A DNA stretch of 64,000 nucleotides from Macrostomum hystrix (taxonomy: Eukaryota > Animalia > Platyhelminthes): the NCBI GenBank assembly GCA_950097015.1, contig CATNEN010000008.1, positions 868,001 to 932,000 of the forward strand. Reading direction: 5' to 3'. Within the stretch, counting starts at the first letter, position 1. Every line of letters starts with the position of its first letter. A program made the translations under genes and the position numbers. This document shows, piece after piece, positions 1-12,069 of the stretch. The notes under the pieces are model-generated. The model saw only the letters and a program-made list of their open reading frames with translations. It searched no databases and was not told where the DNA came from.

Positions 1-1296
1 CTAAAATTGTGGCAGGAATCGCAGCTAGTGAACCTGGAATCGTAGGTCGAATTTAGCCTAAAATTGTGGCAGGAATCGCAGCTAGTGAACGTGGAATCGT
101 AGGTGGGATTTAGCCTAAAATTGTGGCAGGAATCGCAGCTAGTGAACCTGGAATCGTAGGTGAGATTTAGCCTAAAATTGTGGCAGGAATCGCAGCTAGT
201 GAACCTGGAATCGTAGGTCGAATTTAGCCTAAAATTGTGGCAGGAATCGCAGCTAGTGAACCTGGAATCGTAGGTCGAATTTAGCCTACAATTGTGGCTG
301 GAATCGCAGCTAGTGAACCTGGAATCGTAGGTCGAATTTAGCCTACAATTGTGGCAGGAATCGCAGCTAGTGAACCTGGAATCGTAGGTGGGATTTAGCC
401 TAAAATTGTGGCAGGAATCGCAGCTAGTGAACGTGGAATCGTAGGTGGGATTTAGCCTAAAATTGTGGCAGGAATCGCAGCTAGTGAACCTGGAATCGTA
501 GGTCGAATTTAGCCTAAAATTGTGGCTGTAATCGCAGCTAATGAACCTGGAATCGTAGGTGGGATTTAGCCTACAATTGTGGCAGGAATCGCAGCTAGTG
601 AACCTGGAATCGTAGGTCGAATTTAGCCTACAATTGTGGCAGGAATCGCAGCTAGTGAACCTGGAATCGTAGGTCGAATTTAGCCTAAAATCGTGGCAGG
701 AATCGCAGCTAGTGAACCTGGAATCGTAGGTGGGATTTAGCCTAAAATTGTGGCAGGAATCGCAGCTAGTGAACCTGGAATCGTAGGTCGAATTTAGCCT
801 ACAATTGTGGCAGGAATCGCAGCTAGTGAACCTGGAATCGTAGGTGGGATTTAGCCAAAAATTGTGGCAGGAATCGCAGCTAGTGAACCTGGAATCGTAG
901 GTCGAATTTAGCCTAAAATTGTGGCAGGAATCGCAGCTAGTGAACCTGGAATCGTAGGTCGAATTTAGCCTACAATTGTGGCAGGAATCACAGCTAGTGA
1001 ACCTGGAATCGTAGGTCGAATTTAGCCTACAATTGTGGCAGGAATCGCAGCTAGTGAACCTGGAATTGTAGGTGGGATTTAGCCTACAATTGTGGCAGGA
1101 ATCGCAGCTAGTGAACCTGGAATCGTAGGTCGAATTTAGCCTACAATTGTGGCAGGAATCGCAGCTAGTGAACCTGGAATCGTAGGTGGGATTTAGCCTA
1201 AAATTGTGGCAGGAATCGCAGCTAGTGAACCTGGAATCGTAGGTCGAATTTAGCCTACAATTGTGGCAGGAATTGCAGCTAGTGAACCAGGAATCG
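1..1296. repeat. 57-bp tandem minisatellite (runs off the window start)
   Basis: Unit ctaaaattgtggcaggaatcgcagctagtgaacctggaatcgtaggtcgaatttagc recurs at 1, 58, 115 and onward; ~22 copies with two alternating variants (gtcgaattt/gtgggattt, ctaaa/ctaca). Each unit contains ggaatcgyag twice. Confidence 0.97.
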
Positions 1297-1857
1297 GAAC
1301 AAGAGCAGACAGTTTAGACCCAAATGTTTCACATCGAATTATCTATTTCGGAGGCAGGATAAATGAAAATCCAAAGCAAATTTCTCTTTATTACTTTTTA
1401 TTGACATGATTTTGAAGCATTCCAGCAGTTAACATGTCTTGGTACTATTAATTGCTAGAGCATTTTTTTATTCTAACTTTTTATTGCTCGGAAACAGTTG
1501 AAGGCTCGAAGGCTTCGGTCTTCGATGTTTGTTACTTGACTTTGTTTTAAACTGGCGTTAAATTGACATTTTGTTTTAAATTGTTTTTGTTTTGTTTTTA
1601 TTGTTGTTTTTAAATTGACAGTCTTCCCATGCCTAGCACACGCGTGACACGTTTACATATCAATGCTTTTCTTATTCGATAAATAAACACATTCGTTTTG
1701 ATTATTACAAGTGTGTACTAAAGTTCATTACCACCGCTTAAGGTTGTACCTGGTAGTTTACGGCGGGTGTTTGAAATTCGATTGAAAACTATTGGCATTT
1801 TGTCTTTATCAGCTTTTCATGAGCTTATGAGAACATTTTGTAACTGGAAACTCAGCG

Positions 1858-2200
1858 ACATCTCTCCCTGATCTCATCTCTCCCTTATCTCATCTCTCCC
1901 TTATCTCATCTCTCCCTTATCTCATCTCTCCCTTATCTCATATCGCCCTTATCTCATCTCTCCCTTATCTCATCTCTCCCTTATCTCATATCGCCCTTAT
2001 CTCATCTCTCCCTTATCTCATCTCTCCCTTATCTCATCTCTCCCTTATCTCATATCGCCCTTATCTCATCTCTCCCTTATCTCATCTCTCCCTTATCTCA
2101 TCTCTCCCTTATCTCATCTCTCCCTTATCTCATATCGCCCTTATCTCATCTCTCCCTTATCTCATCTCTCCCTTATCTCTCCCTTGTCTCACCTCTCCTC
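1858..2200. repeat. 16-bp pyrimidine-rich minisatellite (atctcatctctccctt)n
   Basis: Period 16 (1871, 1887...), with variant atctcatatcgccctt. Same family as 8425-8905 and the degenerate tract at 30010-30610. Confidence 0.95.
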
Positions 2201-2844
2201 ATTGAAAGCGAATTTCTGCTCTTGGTAATTCGAGTGAGCCTTTTAAAAATGATAACGAGTATTCGCCTTAAAGATACGAACCCAGTAATTTGAAATATTG
2301 TATTTCAGCTTATGAAGTAAGAAACATAAGTATGCTAACATCACTACTTTAAGTAGCCATCAGAGTTCTCTATTAAACTATACAGTGAAAGTCAGGAATT
2401 ATTTCTTCTATAAAAGTTGAAACCTGTCACCCGCAAATTTTCTCCCAATTGTTTGAGCACTAAATTAGTGAGTATGGCTGCTTGCTCATCTTTTGTTAAA
2501 TACGACTGTCGTTAGGGTCCAATGAACCGAAATGAGCAAAACCGAAATGAGAAATGTGTCAAATATTAAATTCTTCTCCTAGGAAACTGGTCTTTCTTTC
2601 AAATTGGGAAATTTAGTACTGGGAAGTAAGGAATAGAATGATGTGAATCAGGCAGTGCGTGACATTGCAGACAGCTTGCTGTGACTTTCACTGCTTTTTG
2701 CTAAAGTTAATTTCAAATTTTGTGTCGTTTAGAAAAGCATTCTTTCCTGATAAACTTGAATTTCTTAAAGTAAAGATAAGTCTTTTCTGCGGTGTAATTG
2801 TTAAACTCCCTGTCAGCCTGCTTACTCAATGCAAGTTGAGGGAC

Positions 2845-4836
2845 CAGGGGTGAGTCTACTGAAGGATCAGGGGTGTGTCTACTGAAGGATGAGGGGTGAG
2901 TCTACTGAAGGATCAGGGGTGAGTCTACTGAAGGATTAGGGGTGAGTCTACTGAAGGATCAGGGGTGAGTCTACTAAGGATCAGGGGTGAGTCTACTGAA
3001 GGATCAGGGGTGTGTCTACTGAAGGATCAGGGGTGAGTCTACTGAAGGATCAGGGGTGAGTCTACTGAAGGATCAGGGGTGAGTCTACTAAGGATCAGGG
3101 GTGAGTCTACTGAAGGATCAGGGGTGAGTCTACTGAAGGATCAGGGGTGAGTCTACTGAAGGATCAGGGGTGAGTCTACTGAAGGATCAGGGGTGAGTCT
3201 ACTAAGGATCAGGGGTGAGTCTACTGAAGGATCAGGGGTGAGTCTACTGAAGGATCAGGGGTGAGTCTACTGAAGGATCAGGGGTGAGTCTACTGAAGGA
3301 TCAGGGGTGAGTCTACTGAAGGATCAGGGGTGAGTCTACTGAAGGATCAGGGGTGAGTCTACTGAAGGATCAGGGGTGAGTCTACTGAAGGATCAGGGGT
3401 GAGTCTACTGAAGGATCAGGGGTGAGTCTACTGAAGGATCAGGGGTGAGTCTACTGAAGGATCAGGGGTGAGTCTACTGAAGGATCAGGGGTGAGTCTAC
3501 TGAAGGATCAGGGGTGAGTCTACTGAAGGATCAGGGGTGAGTCTACTAAGGATCAGGGGTGAGTCTACTGAAGGATCAGGGGTGAGTCTACTGAAGGATC
3601 AGGGGTGAGTCTACTGAAGGATCAGGGGTGAGTCTACTGAAGGATCAGGGGTGAGTCTACTAAGGATCAGGGGTGAGTCTACTGAAGGATCAGGGGTGAG
3701 TCTACTGAAGGATCAGGGGTGAGTCTACTGAAGGATCAGGGGTGAGTCTACTGAAGGATCAGGGGTGAGTCTACTGAAGGATCAGGGGTGAGTCTACTGA
3801 AGGATCAGGGGTGAGTCTACTGAAGGATCAGGGGTGAGTCTACTGAAGGATCAGGGGTGAGTCTACTAAGGATCAGGGGTGAGTCTACTGAAGGATCAGG
3901 GGTGAGTCTACTAAGGATCAGGGGTGAGTCTACTGAAGGATCAGGGGTGAGTCTACTGAAGGATCAGGGGTGAGTCTACTGAAGGATCAGGGGTGAGTCT
4001 ACTGAAGGATCAGGGGTGAGTCTACTGAAGGATCAGGGGTGAGTCTACTGAAGGATCAGGGGTGAGTCTACTGAAGGATCAGGGGTGAGTCTACTGAAGG
4101 ATCAGGGGTGAGTCTACTGAAGGATCAGGGGTGAGTCTACTGAAGGATCAGGGGTGAGTCTACTGAAGGATCAGGGGTGAGTCTACTGAAGGATCAGGGG
4201 TGAGTCTACTGAAGGATCAGGGGTGAGTCTACTGAAGGATCAGGGGTGAGTCTACTGAAGGATCAGGGGTGAGTCTACTGAAGGATCAGGGGTGAGTCTA
4301 CTAAGGATCAGGGGTGAGTCTACTGAAGGATCAGGGGTGAGTCTACTGAAGGATCAGGGGTGAGTCTACTAAGGATCAGGGGTGAGTCTACTGAAGGATC
4401 AGGGGTGAGTCTACTGAAGGATCAGGGGTGAGTCTACTGAAGGATCAGGGGTGAGTCTACTGAAGGATCAGGGGTGAGTCTACTGAAGGATCAGGGGTGA
4501 GTCTACTAAGGATCAGGGGTGAGTCTACTGAAGGATCAGGGGTGAGTCTACTGAAGGATCAGGGGTGAGTCTACTGAAGGATCAGGGGTGAGTCTACTGA
4601 AGGATCAGGGGTGAGTCTACTGAAGGATCAGGGGTGAGTCTACTGAAGGATCAGGGGTGAGTCTACTGAAGGATCAGGGGTGAGTCTACTAAGGATCAGG
4701 GGTGAGTCTACTGAAGGATCAGGGGTGAGTCTACTGAAGGATCAGGGGTGAGTCTACTGAAGGATCAGGGGTGAGTCTACTGAAGGATCAGGGGTGAGTC
4801 TACTGAAGGATCAGGGGTGAGTCTACTGAAGGCTCA
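2845..4836. repeat. 23-bp tandem minisatellite (gagtctactgaaggatcaggggt)n
   Basis: Period 23 (2901, 2924...); ~86 near-identical copies with a recurrent 22-bp variant (ctactaagg). Confidence 0.98.
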
Positions 4837-5541
4837 GATAGTGAGGAAAGCAAGTCATTGTTTAAACATATTAGGAGTTCTGATTGAGCGCCCCATGAAA
4901 GCCAGCGAAAGTGTGTGCATTTGATGCAATAGTTGCAGATGCGACGCCTCAGAGACTGGGTGCAATCTAGCAATTTACATTTATGATTCTATCACCTCTG
5001 TGCGGCTGCGGGTGGCTCAAATACTGGGACAATTTTGCCGGCAGGGTCGGGTGGGATAGCACTGAAGGCCGGAAATCAGAACTGACCATTGCGCAGCCTG
5101 TTGCGCCATCTTCAAAGCTCATCTCCACTCCGCTCTTTGAGTGACTGACTGGGCCATTGCTGAGAACCAATTGGGTTCGGTTCCCATGGTGGTGGCAGTT
5201 GGCCCCAGCGTCATTCAATATCGGGTGGCAAGTGACGGGTCAGGCCGAGTCAAGAAGGGCAGCTGCTTTGAGAGCGAACCCGCAGTTTTTGGTCAGCGAT
5301 ATAAATTGATAAGATTGCAATAAAATCAATCCGAGATGCAGGCCAACAAAATTGATGATCACTGAGAGCCTGCTACAGATAGTGAGGCTGTGTGATGTAA
5401 TGCCTGCTCGCAACACTGAATTGTCATTGATTTTCATAGCATATTGCGCACCACCAACCTCTGTTCGGGCCGCATTTTCAATCATTCAATTGTAAAACAA
5501 TTTTCATATAGTGTCTTGATCCATAGCGACGGCTTTTATAT

Positions 5542-6036
5542 TGAAGGTGATGATTAAGGGTCACCTGATGATAATCTACTGAATGTGATGATTAAGGGTC
5601 ACCTGATGATAATCTACTGAAGGTGATGATTAAGGGTCACCTGATGATAATCTACTGAAGGTGATGATTAGGGATCAGCTGATGATAATCTACTGAAGGT
5701 GATGATTTTGGATCAGCTGATGATAATCTACTGAAGATGATGATTAGGGATCAGCTGATGATAATCTACTGAAGGTGATGATTTTGGATCAGCTGATGAT
5801 AATCTACTGAAGGTGATGATTAGGGATCAGCTGATCATAATCTACTGAAGGTGATGATTTTGGATCAGCTGATGATAATCTACTGAAGGTGATGATTAGG
5901 GATCAGCTGATGATAATCTACTGAAGGTGATGATTAAGGATCAGCTGATGATAATCTACTGAAGGTGATGATTAAGGATCAGCTGATGATAATCTACTGA
6001 AGGTGATGATTAAGGATCAGCTGATGATAATCTACT
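5542..6036. repeat. 38-bp tandem minisatellite (tctactgaaggtgatgattagggatcagctgatgataa)n
   Basis: Period 38 (5841, 5879); ~13 copies. Confidence 0.96.
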
Positions 6037-6047
6037 CAATGACTACT

Positions 6048-6822
6048 GTATGATGATAGTCTGTATAATGATAGTCTGTATGATGATAGTCTGTATGATG
6101 ATAGTCTGTATAATGATAGTCTGTATAATGATAGTCTGTATGATGATAGTCTGTATAATGATAGTCTGTATAATGATAGTCTGTATAATGATAGTCTGTA
6201 TAATGATAGTCTGTATAATGATAGTCTGTATGATGATAGTCTGTATGATGATAGTCTGTATGATGATAGTCTGTATGATGATAGTCTGTATGATGATAGT
6301 CTGTATGATGATAGTCTGTATGCTGATAGTCTGTATAATGATAGTCTGTATAATGATAGTCTGTATAATGATAGTCTGTATAATGATAGTCTGTATAATG
6401 ATAGTCTGTATAATGATAGTCTGTATGATGATAGTCTGTATGATGATAGTCTGTATGCTGATAGTCTGTATGCTGATAGTCTGTATAATGATAGTCTGTA
6501 TGATGATAGTCTGTATGATGATAGTCTGTATGATGATAGTCTGTATAATGATAGTCTGTATGATGATAGTCTGTATAATGATAGTCTGTATGATGATAGT
6601 CTGTATAATGATAGTCTGTATGCTGATAGTCTGTATAATGATAGTCTGTATGCTGATAGTCTGTATGATGATAGTCTGTATAATGATAGTCTGTATAATG
6701 ATAGTCTGTATGCTGATAGTCTGTATAATGATAGTCTGTATGCTGATAGTCTGTATGATGATAGTCTGTATGATGATAGTCTGTATGATGATAGTCTGTA
6801 TGATGATAGTCTGTATGATGAT
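6048..6822. repeat. 15-bp tandem minisatellite (atgatgatagtctgt)n
   Basis: Period 15; ~52 copies. It produces the YHHTD, LSSYR and MIVCM repeat ORFs in the track. Confidence 0.97.
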
Positions 6823-7764
6823 AAAAGAAATATAATTTCTGTAAAAGCGCCGACTCCCTTACCGCTGAACTGCACTGTTTACTTACATACAAATTTAGCA
6901 ATTGAAAATGAAAAAAGTCAAGGAGGTTAATTTGAGTCCTATTTGAGCTCTGGTAAATACGTGGATTAAATGCAGTCGCTGATTTTTTGAGAGAGACTTA
7001 AAAAAACTGGCCGAAATTGTCAACAGAAGCGGTTGCCTCCATTTTGTCTATGATATCTTCATGAAAAATGACTGACGATTGCCTCCATTATTTCCCTATT
7101 TGCACTGGGGGGCAGAATTCAACTACAAGATGGGGAAATTTTTTTAATCTTCTGTCCTCTCCCCCCACCGCGGTATTTGGATTGCAAAATAGCCTTCAAT
7201 TTCCTCCGTGAATTGCTTCGCTAAGAGCTGACGACAAGGAAGACAAGATTGAGGGAGGATGCAAGAAGAAATTGCCCTGTGCGCGGCTGCAGAAGGAGCT
7301 GATGAATTCAAGGGCCGGCAAACATTAATTTAATGGCCAATTCCGGCGCGCGGCGTAGGGGCCGCTTGGAACCGAGCCGCAAAAAATGGATGCGGAGACA
7401 AGCGACCCGACCCCCAACCTCTGTTTGTCTAGCCTGATGATGAATTCAACAGCTTCAGGCAGCCAGTGAGTGAGGACTTGAAACCTTACCTGAACATATA
7501 ATTGGTTTGAGTCCACTGTGCTCAGAAATCGAATCGTTAACTAACTACCACTGAGCTACTACCCTTGAGCAAGCCATTTTCCCATTTAGTAGACAAATTT
7601 CATTTTAAATCTCAGCTTTTTTGCTTGTCGTTTAGTGTCCACATCTCTTTTTTAATGTGATCCGAATATTAATTTGAAAATTAAATTAAAAAACCATATG
7701 CAACAACGACATTGATTTAGCATTCCCCTCAGCATCTCGCTGTGTGCCCCTGCCTGCCCGGCAG

Positions 7765-7890
7765 CCAATGGGAAGCGAGGCAGTGGGGATGCCGCGGAGC
7801 GGGGAGGGAGGGGGTGGCCCGGTTCCCGTGAGGCATAACTGGACTATCTGGGAATATTTGAGTCAATGGTTGGACCGCATTCTATAATTC
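7765..7890 (+). promoter_or_regulatory. Putative proximal promoter of the unc-4-like gene
   Basis: CCAAT at 7765, a G-rich GC-box-like tract at ~7800-7816, and TATAAT at 7883, 55 nt upstream of ATG 7938. Motif presence only; no transcript data. Confidence 0.35.
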
Positions 7891-7937
7891 AGCTCGCGAA
7901 TCGTTCCTTGGTGTAAAACAGACGATCAACTATCAAC

Positions 7938-10900
7938 ATGGAGTTGAATGCATTCAGCACAGCGGGACTGCCGCCACCGTTAGGGTCGGCTGCCGCCGCC
8001 GCAGCCGCTGCAGCAGCCGCCGCAGCAGCTGCCGCGGGCATCGGCAACCAGCTTCCACCGACTCAGCAGCCACAGCCGCTTCTACCGTTCAGCAAAGCTT
8101 TAGAGCTTTCATCGTGGCTTTACTTCAAATCCAGTCTGCAGGCTCACAATAACCCGTTTCTTCAGCTCGATGACCGCCAGCAGCAGCAGCAGCATCAGCA
8201 TCAGCAGTTCATCTTTCCCGACTTGCACATGAACATGACCCCGAGTACATCTGCGCCAACAGCGAATCCTGAGAACGCAGCACAAGACAGCCCGACTGAC
8301 CTCAGCGTCTGCTGCGCCTCATCAATCATTAAAGGTGAGAAGAAAGCTTTTTTACGAGTATAAGGCTTTTTAATTCAACCTCCAGCCCACTGACACTTGC
8401 GGCCCTCATGACTCACCATCCACACCCACAACATCTACTCTCACCTGTCTCATCTCTCCCCTGTCTCATCTCTTCCCTGTCTTATCTCTCCCCTGTCTCA
8501 TCTCTCCCCTGTCTCATCTCTCCCTTGTCTTATCTCTCCCCTGTCTCATCTCTCCCTTGTCTTATCTGTCCCCTGACTCATCACTTCCCTGTCTCATCTC
8601 TCCCCTGTCTCATCACTTCCCTGTCTCATCTCTCCCTGTCTTATCTCTCCCTGACTCATCTCTCCTATCTTATCTCTCCCTTGTCTCATCTCTCCCCTAT
8701 CTCATCTCTCCCCTATCTTATCTCTCCCTTGTCTCATCTCTCCCCTATCTTATCTCTCTCCTATCTTATCTCTCCCTTGTCTCATCTCTCCCCTATCTTA
8801 TCTCTCCCTTGTCTCATCTCTCCCCTATCTTATCTCTCTCCTATTTTATCTCTCCTCTGTCTCATCTCTCCCCTGTCTCATCTCTCTCCTGTCTCATCTC
8901 TCAAATATCTTATTTTGAATTGTCTCTTAGACCGGCGAGTTGCCCACCCCTGCTATAAATCAAGGCTTTAAGCATTCTGGGACTCATCGAAATATATGAC
9001 AAGTCCACCGCGCTCAAGCACTCTTGTTGAATGAAAATAACCATAGTTTCGATACATATCGCCTTTGTAAGGACTTAAGTCGTGAATGTAATGTCCATCA
9101 GTTTCTAAGGATGACTGGAATTGCTAAAACGTCTTCGGAATTTTCAGTTCATAGGGCCTGCAATCATTTTAAACAAATTTATTGTAGCAGCCACGCGATA
9201 TTAACACCTAATTAGTCCCATTCTCCTGCAGAGCAAGCAGGACTCTAATTATTCCTGGTGTTTTGGTTGAGTCTGTGAGTCCTACGGACCTAATTGACCA
9301 GTCTGCTTCTCAAAATCAACTCAGCCATCCATGGCGTGTTTCTATTTTCAAAATCGCCCCTTTTAACAGTGAATTCATTCTAGCTAGCTTTTTTCTCTAA
9401 GCTAATTCTGCGAAAGAACAATTAATATGCTGGAGAGGAGCATAGTAACAGCGGCGGGACCTCGAAAGAGTCCAGAGGCCTCTCTTGAGTGGGAGCAATG
9501 GAAAGGAAGAGTGGGAGAGAATGAGGATTCCCAGCTCCCAACCCCCACAGTTTTCCACTTCGTCACGCGCGGTCGGGGGTCCATCATTGGCGCACCCCGG
9601 TTTTGACTTTTCCCCGTGGCTCTCGCATACCAACCACTTCAGGCATTAAAACAAAATTTACAATTTTGACGGATGATCGATACACACAAGGGGGCGCGGC
9701 TGCCTTTCTGGGGAACATTTTCCACCGCTTGCCTGGGAGATCGATATCTTAATTAGCCTGAGCGCTGATGCTAAGCCTTGTGTCAGCGGGTGTTTAATTG
9801 GAAATTAACAGCCATTCTTCAACAGCTGATTTGAAGCACATCAAAGGCTGCCTTCTTGCCTTGTATTGCCAATTAAAATTTCTGCTTTGATGTTCATAAA
9901 TCACTTTTCAAATGATGTGTTTTTTTTCGCACAATCCTAACGGAAACTAGCGATTCTAGGAAACTAGCGATTCTAGAAAACTAGCTATTCTAGAAAACTA
10001 GCGATTCTAAGAAACTAGTGATTCTAGGAAACTAGCGATTCTTAAAACTAGCTATTCTAGGAAACTAGCGATTCTAAGAAACTAGCAATTCTAGAAAACT
10101 AGCGATTCTAGAAAAAATAGCGATTCTAAGAAACTAGCGATTCTAGGAAACTAGCGATTCCAGGAATCTAGCGATTTTATAAAAATGCGATTCTAGGAAA
10201 CTTGCAATTCTATAGATAACTAGCGATTCAAAGAAACTAGCGATTCGAAGAAACTAGCGATTCTAAAATACTAGCGTTTCTAAGAAACTAGCGATTATAG
10301 TAAACTAGCGATTCTAAGAAACTAACGATTCTAAGAAACTAGCGTTTCCAAGAAACTAGCAATTCGAAGAAACTAGCGATTCTAAGAAACTAGTGATTCT
10401 AAGAGACTAGCGATTCTAAGATACTAGCGATTCTATGAAACTAGCGATTCTAAGAAACTAGCGATTCTAAGATAGTAGCTATTCTAAGACATTAGCGATT
10501 CCAGGAAACTAGCGATTCTAGGAAACTAATGATTCTAAGAAACTAGCGATTCTAAGAAACTAGCGATTCTAAGATAGTAGCTATTCTAAGACATTAGCGA
10601 TTCCAGGAAACTAGCGATTCTAGGAAACTAGTGATTCTAAGAAACTAGCGATTCCAGGAAACTAGCGATTCCAGGAAACTAGCGATTCTATAAAAAAAAT
10701 GCGATTCTAGGAAACTTGCAATTCTATAGATAACTAGCGATTCGATGAAACTAGCGATTCGAAGAAACTAGCGGTTCTTAGATACTAGCGATTTTAAGAA
10801 ATTAGTGATTCTAGGAAACTAGCGATTCCAGGCAACTAGCGGTTCTAAGAAACTAGCGATTCTAATAAATTAGCGATTCTAGGAAACTAGCGATCCATGA

Positions 10901-12009
10901 AACTAGCTATTTTAAGAAACTAGCGATTCTAGGAAACTAGCGATTACAGGAAACTAGCGATTCCAGGAAACTAGCGATTCCAAAAAACTAGTGATTCTAG
11001 GAAACTAGCGATTCTAGAAAACTAGCTATTCTAGGAAACTAGCATTTCTAGAAAACTAGCGATTTTAAGAAACTAAAGATTATAGATTATTTTTTCGATT
11101 CATTTTTATTTGCGAAAGATACTGCGAGTCCCACCAGTCTTGTAATCCCAGATAATCTTTGGAACATTCTTAAAAGAATCCCGCATTAGTACGGTTATTA
11201 TTTCTTTTTTTCATGACGTGAGATTGATTGAATCTTGATGCAATAGTTCACTAGAATGGAATCTGCAGCAAAAAAAATCGACGCAATCAATATTGACAGC
11301 TCGAAAAAAGCATCCAATTAAAGCACTCGGGAACTCATTTAACAACAGACCATAGATCGATTTCTGTTAAAAAACAAAGACCAATTACTCGGCCCCTCAC
11401 AGATCATTCAATTGACTGAATGATCCGATAAGTGATGCTCTGGCAGACCATCGGTGCACAGGGTGGAAACTAGCGATGAAGGGAACTGTGCTCACCGTGC
11501 TCACCCACCGTAATGGACCGTGAGACCCGGACAAGTGTGTCCCGGGGGTTGTGTGTGTGAGTGAGGCCTCAATATCATTGAATAAAGTGAGCTTTTTTTA
11601 AAGAAACGTGTTCAATCTTCGACAAAGTCTTCTCAGACAATTTTTTCCTCTAATTTCCTACTAATTCCCATTGGCCTGAGTCGAATCGTGCCACGTGCAA
11701 GACTGAAGAGCGATGCGAACTCAGACACTTCTAGAACGCACGCGCCGTCATCATCATTGTCATCCAACATTTTTTTGATTACTTCAGAATCTCTCTTAGT
11801 GTCTCATCCTTTCACTAGGGCTCATGAAATCCCCACAACATGAAAAAATCCCTGTGTTAAAAGGAACTAGGCCTGACTCAACTTGTCTTCTAGTTAATAT
11901 TTTGTCGCGCCTCAGACAATTAACTAAAGTCGCTTTTTTATTGAGAAAAAATCCTATTTATCTATAATGAAACTGAAATTTTCGTAGCCTTTCAGTCAGT
12001 CATTCATCT

Positions 12010-12069
<60 letters not shown>

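Noticed and set aside
4860-5520. Coding exon in the unique island between the 23-bp and 38-bp arrays
   Set aside because: Only short ORFs on both strands, with no recognisable domain or consistent splice sites.
1-6036. CRISPR-like regular repeats (23-57 bp)
   Set aside because: The units are head-to-tail with no unique spacers, there are no cas genes, and the context is eukaryotic.
6032-6901. His/Tyr-rich (YHHTD)n ORF and the overlapping LSSYR and MIVCM ORFs
   Set aside because: These are products of a 15-bp repeat that is open in several frames. The YHHTD frame starts at TTG rather than ATG, and there is no unique coding flank or splice context.
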